Part shown: positions 1 to 12,000 of the stretch, one piece after another
Numbering within the stretch: the first letter of the stretch is position 1
How the letters are laid out: the number at the start of each line of letters is the position of its first letter
DNA from: Azolla caroliniana
Taxonomy: Eukaryota; Plantae; Polypodiophyta
Direction: 5' to 3'
DNA: 64,000 bases
Assembly (NCBI GenBank): GCA_043228905.1
Contig: JBHGNT010000010.1
Location: 4,588,001 to 4,652,000 of the forward strand
Notes under the pieces: model-generated
Told to the model about the DNA's origin: nothing
Database searches by the model: none
What the model saw: only the letters and a program-made list of their open reading frames with translations
Translations under genes and position numbers: made by a program

Positions 1-9
1 GATATGCAG

Positions 10-179
10 TTATTGTTGTTGCCCACACTATACCTGTTGTCTATGAGACATATGAAGAACAGATAGAGACATACGCCAAATATGGATTTGAGGCAGCGCA
101 AACACATTATAAAAAAGTTGATGAGACATTCTTCAGCAAGGTGTTCAAGAATTTCCCAAAGCTGAAGAAGACAGAGTAA
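10..179 (+). CDS. Terminal exon of a reticulon-like (RTNLB) gene; upstream exons lie outside the window
   Basis: After acceptor tgcag (ends at 9), the frame reads IVVAHTIPVVYETYEEQIETYAKYGFEAAQTHYKKVDETFFSKVFKNFPKLKKTE* (TAA 177-179). This resembles the plant reticulon C-terminus (HTVPVLYEKYED...Y..FD..VLSKIP) and ends in a KKxx ER-retrieval motif. Confidence 0.8.
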
Positions 180-721
180 GAGCTATGTAAATGCCCATCA
201 ATAAGAGATGTACATATACTGGGACCCAAGGTTTATGTGACGAGAATGAAAATCTATGGTGTTTGTCTAGTTCAATGCAAAGATAAAATGAAATGGATAT
301 GCATGAAGGAATGTCTTTATATGGCATTTTTTTTATCTTTTAAGCATTTGGGACATGGATGTTTAAAGTTTCTCTTAAGAGTTCTGTTGTTATGATGTGG
401 AGGATGTATTAGTCTCAGAAGCTTAACTCCTTTTTCCATTTTTAATGGAGACATTTTTTGGGGGCGCTTTCTTATTGAATGTATTCATTCCTCCCGTGTT
501 AGTGTAATGTCTCATGTACAATATTATGAACTCTTTTCAGTAACTAATGTTTATTCACCATGTCTATGCCTAATATTAGCTAAAATCATGGGAAACTTCC
601 AAAATACCCCTAGCTTTTCTTGGGTATTTACCAGAATACACTGATGTTCCCCAAATAAATGGTAAATTCCCACGAAATTGTGATGGATTATGGGTATTTA
701 GGCGTTTTGCTTCAGTTTATG

Positions 722-845
722 TTTGGATCTATGCTACTGCTATGGTCATTTAGCTAGCATTATCTTTGGATCTATGCTACTGCTATGGTCATTTAGCTTA
801 GCATTATCTTTGGATCTATGCTACTGCTATGGTCATTTAGCTAGC
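722..845. repeat. Tandem repeat, about 3 copies of a 43-44 bp unit
   Basis: TTTGGATCTATGCTACTGCTATGGTCATTTAGCT occurs three times in succession. Confidence 0.9.
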
Positions 846-3034
846 TCAGGTTTGCGGTACTTACGATTTTAGTATTACCAAAGATCCTAGTGTGCTATGA
901 AAACAAGTTTATGGTCCTTTTGTTGTTGAGCTAGAATCAGACTCTGAAAAACATTGTGTTGAATTTCATTGCAATCTACTAATCTGCTATCATTTTCTGA
1001 GTCAATTCTTTTGCTATTTGGTCAAGTGTAATTTAATATTTAGTCTAAGGGAAATTAAATGGGAGGATTTTTTTGAATTTGGGTTTGGAATTTAGGGTAT
1101 GAAACTGGAAGAACATTTTGAATTTGCACTGCATGTGTAATCTTTTTGTAGACTATATACCCAAGACATTGAGGGTGAACATTGGATTTGGGATAAAGAA
1201 TTGTATTATAAGATGATAAAAACTGTGTTAAGGAGATCAGATGTAAGGAATCTTGCAATATCAACAAATAGGTGAATGCATGGTTCATATGCTTTATCTT
1301 TCTTGAAGATGCTTTGTTGAGGTCATCTTTCACCCCCCTCATAAGATATCATATCCAAGACTTTGATCATACCACCAATAAGATACATTAAATCATAGAT
1401 CTATCACGATGACAACAAAAGAAAAGGAACGAAGAATTGAATGGTTTTGGATTATGACAAAACAAAGTCTTAAAGTATATTACGAGTAATCAGCATCTTC
1501 CCATCAAACCACATGATTAAGTATTTCATGTAATTTTTGTTGATATCCTATATGCTATAGAAAGGGCAAGTAACCCTTCAAGCATTGCATTGCATTGCAT
1601 GATGTGAATAATTTGAAAGCCAAACAAACATTAAAGGAGACTTGATAATATTATGGTTGTTTGCGTAATATCATCAAGTTTCATCACTACGTGCCCACAA
1701 AGAGAAGTGCCTTAGTATAAGGGAAAATAAGACGTAGCTTCTAAAATTTCCCTTGTAATGTGAGCTTGGGATTCACTATTTACACTCAAAGGTCACTTTA
1801 TAAGGATTTAGGTTCGTACAATTGTCAAGTTTACACCCCTATAAACCTTGACCCCCAACACTACGAATAAAATTTTCCATACAAATTGATCTATTATTTG
1901 TATGAGGACATGTAGGATTTCACACTTACAAAAGCGACATTAACATGTGCAAAGACTCCTCTTGATCTAAAGACAAGATTGTGACAATTTCTATTGCAAC
2001 TTGTGCAAGATGTTGATTTGTATTCATGTGAAAGATATCCATTGCTCCCAGTCCACAAAAATATCTGGCTTCCACTTCCCCATATTTCTCAAAACACTTT
2101 ATCTCCCAACGTGATTCGCACGATAAAACTACATTCGTAGCAATTTTTTCTTCTTCTTTTTGTTTGCAAAGCTTTAACCATTAGGTTATGGAATTGAATT
2201 GAGTACGCAAGGAACTTTCGGAATGAGGTGCCCTAACAATTTCACGACAAAAAAATAAGCAAAGTTCTAACAAAATCTTAATGGGTAGTGAAGTACTAAC
2301 ATTACCATCTTTCCTTCTTTGGTTTGTTGAATCAAGACTATGGAAACAATGTGTCTCGAGAAAATCAAACTCTACGCCGTGAAGTGTGAGGCGGATGTTC
2401 CAAAGATCTAGTGAGAAATCGGGAGTCGAAAAGCATGGAATGGAGCGGATCGCATGTGTTCGCACATCAAAGTCGCTCTCGAAGAGCTTGTTGGGCATCA
2501 TTTGACTTCATCAAACTTGCCAGAATATACGTCTCTCTCTTCTTTTTTCTGTAAATAATGGCTTTCATTACAAAAGAACAAACACCACCATGACTAACTT
2601 ACTACAAAGTATAGAACCCTTGTATCTAGGGATCTAAAGACTACCACGACTCCAAACTCAATGCCACCCTATACACCTATTCAAATGGCGAATGTATACG
2701 TCTCTCTCTCTCTCTTGGCCAGAGTTCTTTTGTTTATTTAATGTGGAATTCCAAAAGCATATGGTCTTTCCATATGTATGTATGTATGTATACTCATCCC
2801 ACGCAACCCACCCTTATGTATGTATGTATGCAATCCTTATGTATGTATGTACCTATATGCATTCCACACGATCCTTATGCACTCCCTAGTTCAATATATC
2901 TGGTCGATTTCTTTACTAGGGGAGAGTATATCCACTTGTAGATAGCCCCAAAAAAGAAGAGTGAGATCTGTGAGAGAGAGAGAGAGAGAGTGTGTGTGTG
3001 TGTGTGTATATGTGTGTGAGTGATAACAAACATC

Positions 3035-3496
3035 ATGGAACAACCACCAGCAACACAGACACCAACCCTAACAACTCAACAACAAAAACAAGAAGAAGAA
3101 GAAGAAGAAGGATTCCCTACCAAGTTTGGGGACCCAGTTAGGTCCTATGATGTGCACATCTACTACTTCCATACCGATGAAGCCCAAACCCGGGTGGCCC
3201 GAGAGCTCCGCGAGGAGATCATCCAGAGATTCCCCGAGGCCGTCGTGTACAAGCTATGGGACCGCCCCATCGGACCCCACCCCGTCGGTATGTTCGAAGT
3301 GGACCTCAAGAAACCCGCTCACTTCGCGCGCTTCGTCCCGTGGTTCAACGTGAACCGGCACGGCCTCTCGGCCCTTGTTCATCCCAACACCGGATTCCCT
3401 CTCCTCGACCATACCCGGAACGCCATGTGGATCGGCCAGCCTTTCCCTCTTAACACATCTTGCCTCAAAGATGAAGACCCCAAGTATGGACTCTAA
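3035..3496 (+). CDS. DOPA 4,5-dioxygenase family protein (fungal/bacterial DodA type, not plant LigB type), intronless, 153 aa
   Basis: Motifs YDVHIYY, IGPHPVGMFEV, LSALVHPNTG, DHTRNAMWIGQPFPL match the Amanita-type DOPA dioxygenase family. ATG at 3035, TAA at 3494-3496. The core is GC-rich relative to its flanks. Confidence 0.88.
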   Translation: MEQPPATQTPTLTTQQQKQEEEEEEGFPTKFGDPVRSYDVHIYYFHTDEAQTRVARELREEIIQRFPEAVVYKLWDRPIGPHPVGMFEVDLKKPAHFARFVPWFNVNRHGLSALVHPNTGFPLLDHTRNAMWIGQPFPLNTSCLKDEDPKYGL

Positions 3497-3740
3497 GCTT
3501 AAGGCCAAAGGATTTTAAAACTTATTGGTGTTTTGCTTTGTTGAATGGCCTTTTAATAATTTATTCTCGCGTTTAATACCATCGTCGTCGTCATCATATG
3601 AATTTCCCAAGCCTTGTAAGTAGATCTGCTTCCAAATTTAGCTTGTAATGTGATTGTTATGCAAATTTTATCCGACATTGAGAGTAGTACAGAAATTGAA
3701 GCTTGTTGAAGGTGGTTGTGATGGCCAGCTAGTGAGGTTA

Positions 3741-4112
<372 letters not shown>

Positions 4113-4639
4113 GTGTGCATATGCGGCTGCGGATGCGGATGTGCATGTGCAACCCAAACAAGAGTCATGTCTTTGTAAGGTTTGTAATGGATTCGAAGGG
4201 ATTGTGAGGTTTCTAATATATTTCGTAAGTCTCTTAGTTTTCCCATTGTTATTGTCATACAATCTTTTTATGTTTTGAGACAAGTCTTTTGAGGCCACAA
4301 AGACTATCGATGATTCAAATAAAAGTTGATGAGGTGCTATGTTACCTCATGTCGGAAGGTTAAGTAAACAAATTCTTGACATCATACCTTGATGTTGGAA
4401 GTTTAAGGCAAACAAAACTTGGTGTATATGATAGATTGCTTAGTTTTAAATGGGTAAGTTTCAATAATAACCTTTATGATGTGAATGGGTACATATTTAG
4501 GTTTCCCACAATAATATAAGTTTGCTATAAAAAGGGCGTGAGATAAATTAAATGATAGGCTTTATATAATAATTTAGATGGTGATGACTCAATGAGGTTT
4601 CTCGAATACCAAAGGAGCAAGAAAAAAGGAACTCAAAAT

Positions 4640-7240
4640 GCATAGCAAATGATGACCTATGGAACTATCTCACATTTGAGCTTCATGTTATAAGATTGTA
4701 GAGAATATTCAAGAAATAAAGGCTCAAGATTAAGTGAGGTAGCTCATGGTACAAGTATTTTATTTATGATTGAAACTTGCGAACATGAAGCTAAATGTAT
4801 ACCTAATATTGATGTTCACATCATAAAATCTATATGGTTCCGTAGTAGGAGTAATATTTGAAGAGTATGGCCAACATTTATTTATCGTGAGAACTTGGGA
4901 AACTATATACAATTATGATGAATACATTGTTTAAAGGTAAACTTTCTTTGGCATCTTGTTACATTCCTCATAGAGAGTCCAGACTCCAATTACTATATTT
5001 TTTATGAGCTAGATCATGATGATCCTTGTTTGTGTTGGAAAAGTATTAGTTGTGGGTTATTTTAATGCTAGAATTGTAACATAACTAAGAATTATAATGC
5101 TAAAATTCTTATTTATGAGTTAGAATTGTGGGGTATTTTAATGCTAGAATTGTAATGGTGTCAGATTTGTCACATGACTAAGAAGATACAAGATTATGGT
5201 GGGTTTCTCATACACAAGCTTAATTGCACAAACTTGAAGATTTTCAATGGTACCCATGTGGTTCCAATGACAAATGTTTTCAAATGTCTCCCAACCTCGC
5301 AAGGAGGAAGTGTAATTGACTATGTATTGGCAAAAGAATCAGATGCATCCATGGTGAATACATTCAGAATTGGCCCATTTTCACCTTGTTCAAGACCCCA
5401 AGCCCTTATACTTCCACATTGCAACTAAAAATTCACACATTGATCAATGCACTTAGAGTCCAAAAAGAGGTACATTACGCAACCTTGTTGTCAAAAGCTA
5501 ATCCAAATGCAAAAGAGGTTGATTGTTATGTCATGAACCTCTCTCCCTTAGCAAAGATGAGAAAACAAAGTAGGAGCAATTGAAGGATGCCATTTTCGAG
5601 GTAGGTTGTCAATATTTCAATGCACTCATGTAGGTGGACATTGAATGCTTAGTTTCCCATGTAATGCAAGGTTCATCTTTAAAATTTTAAGGCCGCAAAA
5701 TAAAAAAAATTAATGCCCTAACATTGTATCAAGATCAAAGAATGGTGAGGAGAAATAAGAGGCCATTTTATCAAATGCAAGAAAGGAAGGAAAAGGAAAA
5801 GTTTAGACTCTAATGAAAGTTAGCATGGACACAATTTGAGGGAAAAAGAAGATATAGTAGTGAATTCACCAATGAAGAGATTGAACAATATATATTGATA
5901 AGCTTCATATGCACAATGGGATAATAATTATGACATTGAGAATGGAAACACCATATAAGTCATGTGTGTCTATTCAAGATGTTAATAGAGAGGCAAAAAA
6001 ATGTTTGGTGGCAAAATAGTGGCTGTAACTTAATGGAAATGGACGAGACCACAAACTTGCCAATGGATAAGGACTATCATGGATCAAGCTTTCAAACAAT
6101 GTTTACTAGAAGATTGGCTCACGAATTGGATTTTTTTTTAAATTATGGTGATAAGGGCAATACAGCCAAGACATTACTCACTTCTACACACAAGGTATAA
6201 CCAATACAAATGGTACAAACCTTCAAATATCATGGTATTAATATCCTTCGACAAATGTATGTTATGGTTCTAGATTTCAAGTGGGTTGGAATAGTTATTA
6301 TATCTTTAAGAATCAATGCAAAAATGATACTTAGGAATGGAAAGTGAAATTGATGTTTATTCAATACTATGGTGGTCTATTGCTTTATGGAATGGAAGTT
6401 TGGATTGGCAATATCACACTTAATTCATGGAATGAAACGGAGAAAAACCAAATTTTGTTCTTATGCAGACAATTGGGGATAAAATACTATCCTATTATGT
6501 TATAATGGGCCATAGAGGTATTATCCATGCAAAGAGTATATATACATCACAAAAGTCAAGAATATGCTTGATCAAAGAAGCATGCTTGGAACATAGGAAG
6601 CAAGGGACAAAAAACTATTAAGACTAAAATCCTCTTATCTAGATGAGCACTTGACATAAGGAAATGTTTTAAGAGATGGGGAGTAAACATCTATCAGAGC
6701 TCTCATGTGAGACTACAAAGTATGTGATCATAGGGGATATATTAATAAATGCACGAAGGATGTGGCAAGAGGTTAAAATGTCAAACTTGGAATATACATT
6801 GCAAACATTAACCCCCAACGTTTGCCCCAATACAAGTTAAACTGTAAAAGCGCCAAAACATATCTAACCATTTCTTCCCCATGACCCTTGGCTCTCAACG
6901 AGCCTAAACACTTCTTTGAACTCACTCACACAAATTAGGTGTTGAGGTAGCATCATGACATCATCACCCAAGCATGAAGACATGCAAGGTTGGCGATGAA
7001 AACTTAATGGAGGATGATTGTCACTTGCTTCTTGCATGCTCCATGTATAAGGCAATTCACAAGAAGTATGATGACTTGTTAGACAAGCATGATAATTCAA
7101 GTGTCATACTCAATTCCCCACCAAGAAGGATGAGCACGTATCTATGTGCTTTAATTTCACAAAGAGAGTTCTTGCTACAAAGTAGTAAACCCCCTTCTAA
7201 GGAAGGGGATGCATACAAGTTGATATGTTTATTTAGAAAT
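4640..7240 (+). mobile_element. Highly decayed non-LTR retrotransposon (LINE); boundaries approximate
   Basis: APE endonuclease remnant (LKIFNGTH...GGSVIDYVL, 5174-5428) and C-terminal Cys/His remnant (CKVG...EDDCHLLLACSMYKAIH, 6974-7243). Many stops and frameshifts. Confidence 0.65.
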
Positions 7241-8251
7241 TAGTCCCATAGATCAAATTTGGCCACCTCGTGGATGATAAAAATTCTATTATGTTCTATT
7301 CTTATATTTTGGTTTTCTTGCCGTCTATAATCAATGCTCATTATTACAATTTCAATTTTACGTTGTACTTTTTTGCAAATCCTCACTTGAGCAAGTCCAA
7401 CATCAATGACATTATCATGAGGATAAATCATTAGTTCAATGTCACATTTGTTGCCACTTTCTTAGCTTACCGTAGAAGAGCCACCTTTTTGTTCAATGTC
7501 TACTCAATAATCATTGTTTAACAGTTCATCATTAACTTGGTCACTAATGAAGCCATGTTACTTCACACAAAAGTTATGCTACCCATTTGCTTTTGATGTG
7601 TTAAATGTGAAACATCTCTTTTTTTCATATAATAACTTCGGCTTACTGCACCGATGACAATATAACTTGTCAAATGCTTGTGTCACTTTTTTGTTTTGTG
7701 CCACAAAGTCATAATCAACTTTTCTAGAGAGCCTCATACAAAGAACCTACGTAGTCTTTGAAATATAAAGAAATCTCCATTGCAAAACACTTGTGCAAGT
7801 TGACATGACATCTATTAAAAATGTGAGTACAATTTTGATAATGTCGTAGTTGGCAATGGTATGACATAATGCATTACAATACCAATGGTGTAAAGGTATG
7901 ACACAATGAATCAATCTACCAATGACATAAATCTCTTGCAATTAAGCATCCAAAATCCATCATGACTATTAATAATGTATTATCATGTTATGTAAACCAT
8001 TGACGACAATGACTATTTTTTAAACTTCCAATTGCAACCCTACCCATGTTGATACTCTAGGACTCCTCGTGCTCCTCTTCAATTACAGAACTTTTTTAGC
8101 TACACGTGCTTTTGCCAGCTCTACAAATTTTGTTAAGGAGAGAGTACATCAATAATACGATTGAATGCTTGGAATGATCTTGGCACCCTACACTAACTTT
8201 AACGCATCACAAAGAGATGAAAATGATAATATCTTAACATGCTCCGGTGGC

Positions 8252-8670
8252 TAGGAGTTGGCAATGGTTCGGCTCAAGCCCGAACCAAACTGTTAAACAG
8301 TTTGGCGGCTTGGCGTTCAATTCAGTTCGGTTCAGGCTTGAACCTGCTTAAACAATTTGAGTTCGAGTTGGTTTGGGTTGAACCATGATTAACTGGCTCA
8401 AACCAGTTAAGCCATTTATATAATTTTCAATTACTAGAGAGAGAAATGAAGGTGTCACATCCCTATTGTCCCAAAAACTGAGTGAGAAAAGAAAAGCAAA
8501 AATTAGCACAAACATATCAATAAAGGGTTCGTTTCGCTTAACCAGTTTAGGGTCTGGTTCAATTCAGCTTGGTTAAAGTTCGAACTTCCCCAATTCAGTT
8601 AAGCCTTAACCGGTTTGTCTAGGAAAATGCCAAACCGGTTAAGCTGAAACCAAACCGTTGCTGATTCCTA
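8252..8670. mobile_element. hAT-type MITE, about 419 bp
   Basis: Imperfect TIRs TAGGAGTTGGCAATGGTTCGG and CCAAACCGTTGCTGATTCCTA. Flanking 8-bp TSD CCGGTGGC (8244-8251) / CCAGTGGC (8671-8678). Many subterminal AACCG/GGTTC motifs. Confidence 0.8.
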
Positions 8671-9017
8671 CCAGTGGCTAGAACTCTTTCCTCTAAGTAT
8701 GGCCACTTATGTATTTTTTGTACAGGAACTCTTATGGGGTTGGTGGGTGCATCTAGCTCGAAGTTTATGCATGCCATGATTGATGGGTGGGAATCATAAG
8801 GTACGATCCATACAAAATCACCTCTCCATGGATGTGAAAGCAGAAAAATGTCATAGTTACGACTTATATGAAAAAGCACAAAAGGAGCAAACGTAAGGTG
8901 TAAACAATGTACATATCAAGAAAATATTGGCAGTGACCACAGGTAATAATAGTATGTGTTTTGGAGGAAAATTTTACAAATAACTGAGAAGTACCGTTTA
9001 GCGCATTAAGGTTAACT

Positions 9018-12000
9018 CTAGCTCACATATTCAGATATAGGCTCACCATCAGATATGGTGGTATTTGATGTATGAAATAACACTTCCGGCACACCAGACC
9101 CATCCCTAGCAATCTGCAAGAAATTTAGAAATTTAGAAAAACATTAGCACGTGCTTATCTTTCATTTCCTGTTTCATGAAACATACAACAGGACTTACCA
9201 AGATTTCATCATCAAGATAGGAAATCAATAACTGTCTCTCAAAGGTTCCCACTGTAATGTCAAACATAAACAAAACTGTCAACATCGAGAAGTGACAATA
9301 TGCTAAACTCAATGCAAGATTAATGTATGCAAATGCGGTAGCATTCTGATATTACTGTCAACAGAGTTTTCCCACAAAGAATGGACAAAAAAGGAAAAAC
9401 TAAATGCACCTTGCAAACAAGCATTGGCAAACACACCCATTGCCTTCTAGAACGCGTGCCTTTATACTATGATCTACATTTTTCTATCCGATTTCTTCAA
9501 AATGATGCTTGTGAAGTGATGGAGTCTATCAGCATTGAATTGGATGAATGTTAATCCATTATTCTTCCTGCATTCTTTCCTTTGCTGATTATGAACTTTC
9601 AAGGAAAACACTACACGGACATCCCTGGAACCAAGTAATTGTGCAAAAGTGTTGGGTTCATCGTGCAACATATTGTGCTACTCATAACCACAAACTGCCC
9701 ATCACATTCTAATTAGGCTCATAACCCTTGTAAATACATTCTGATTCTAATTCGGTTACAGTACACACTTAGTTGACAAGAACCCAAAAAAAAAGGTATC
9801 AATTATTAGGCAAAATCACAAGATATCATAATGTCAAAGAGCTCACCTAAAGGAATCTTTATTCCATTTGACAGTGCATCCATTACATTGGTTGGAAGCT
9901 GTTGCAATGCACTAGCAATTTGTCCGTATGCACTTTGAACTTGCGGTGGAACTGCAGCCTCCTGAATGGTTGGATAAGCGAGTAATCCTTCAATGTATTC
10001 TTCTTTTAATCTCAGAGGTCCTTCCACAGTAAGTTTACTTGTCAAGACCACATTACTTGTTATCTGGAAAAAACAAATCAACATTTTGCTCAAAATAACA
10101 AATTGCTGGTTATTCGGAAAAAAGAACATTTTAATGTTTTACTCAAAATAAACATATTGCTTGTTATCTGGGGAAAAAATAAGAAATCAACATCTCATTC
10201 AAAAGAACCACATTGCTTGTTATCTGAAAAAAACAAATTAACACGTTGTTCAAATTGCTCCTAATTAGTATAGCAGTATTTTGGAGGCATTCCTATTTAT
10301 TCTTCGTCTGAAAAAAACCCTGGGATTCCCTAGTCTTAGCTACCAAAAGAATATCAGAGTAAGGAACCCCAGGGATAAGTGACAATCCTGAAACTAAAAT
10401 CTTTACATAGCTTGTGATCATACTGTATTAAATAGCTTTAAGGTCGCCGTAGCTTTGGCAGATCCGTCCACAATAAGAATGTTTAGCTCGGATAGGGTAG
10501 CTAATGCAGATGGAAACCTCCTATAGAAGGAAAATAGTGTTAGTTCATGCCTGCAGAAAGGACACCACAAAATAGAAACTGTCTTTTGATCATACTGTAA
10601 CAGGACTCTTGCAGCGAACTGCCCTGGACTTCCTGCACCAATCCATTTGAATTGCCAAAGACCTTCCAGAAAGGGTGACCTGGAAACAAAAAAATCATTT
10701 TCATTACCACTTTTGCAACAAAATATTCTTCCTTCCTGTTAGAATGCAAATGGGAAAAATCCAGCTTCATTAGAAATTTGTTTCAGATTTACGGCCTGTA
10801 TAAAATTTAAATGTACACCGATTCTTTTATGCTACTGCTCTATTAAAAACACCTGAAAACTGCTTCTATTAATATAACTTAGGTTTGGACAGCAATTTCC
10901 TAAGCATGAGGAAGATACTTTTAACTTCCTTTAAACAGGTTAAGAATAAATCAAGCAGAAACAGTTGTCTCTAGATTCATAACTACTAGATCACAATGAT
11001 GACCATGTGAGGCTTTCTTTTGTTTAGTTTTAAGTCTTTTCAAGGGAAAGCTTGACCTCATTACAATCTTCCCCAGCATTTTGGACGCATTTGTCTGTCT
11101 CAAAAATCTTGTTCTTTATATGCAAGACAAGAGTCAATTTCTTCCCTCCTTCTGGGATGATAAGAATGGTCACGACCTCAGCAACCTCATCCACAAACAT
11201 CAGAACCTAAACATAAATACACTATAATTGCCTGTCATAGGATCCATAGTATCTATTGAATTATGATGAGATACAATAATGGCAGTTTTATGCATTTGTA
11301 AAAAAAAAGGTCTCATATGTTGCTTTGGCCTAGCATAGACAATAATAATGCTTCCATTTACTTCTCAAAAAAGAGCTTCATGTTGACAAATGCACAGTAG
11401 TAATATAAGCATATTCAAAAAAAGGTAAATAGTATTCTAAATTTGCTCGAAGCTCTAAAAGTTAGCATTTAGGCAAATCTAAGGTAGTAGAATTGGCTTC
11501 TTTTAAACGTCCATTCATTTGTGGATGAAAAAGAAGATTAGTATTGTAGTTCTCTCAAACAAAACTCTCCAAAATAAACTTGTAATCCTTGGGTTCCATT
11601 CACTAACTACATAGACAAAGGCATATCATGGTAGTTCAAGATATTATGCATAAATATTTTGACCATGTGTTCTCTTCTTCCTTAATATATCTTTCTTTCT
11701 TTTTTTCTTTCTTACAGGAATAAAATGGACATGTTTACTAATCCCATCATTTCATGTTTGTGATCTCCAAAGACAAGCAGCAAAGTCCATAACTATACTT
11801 TTCCATGGTCTATCTGAGACTGGCAAAGACTGCAACAACTCCAACTCCAATGCTATTTGCCTGTCAATTTAAGTATTGACAATTTTTGCATGTTCTTACA
11901 AGCGTTCATGCATCTCATATCATAAAGTTGGTTAATAAAAAGAAGGCCTCAACCGCTTTCACTGTGGCGTCAAACAATGACCACATACAGTGGATCATGA

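Noticed and set aside
2181-2501. 106-aa minus-strand ORF upstream of the dioxygenase
   Set aside because: No recognisable domain or splice structure; possibly a TE remnant.
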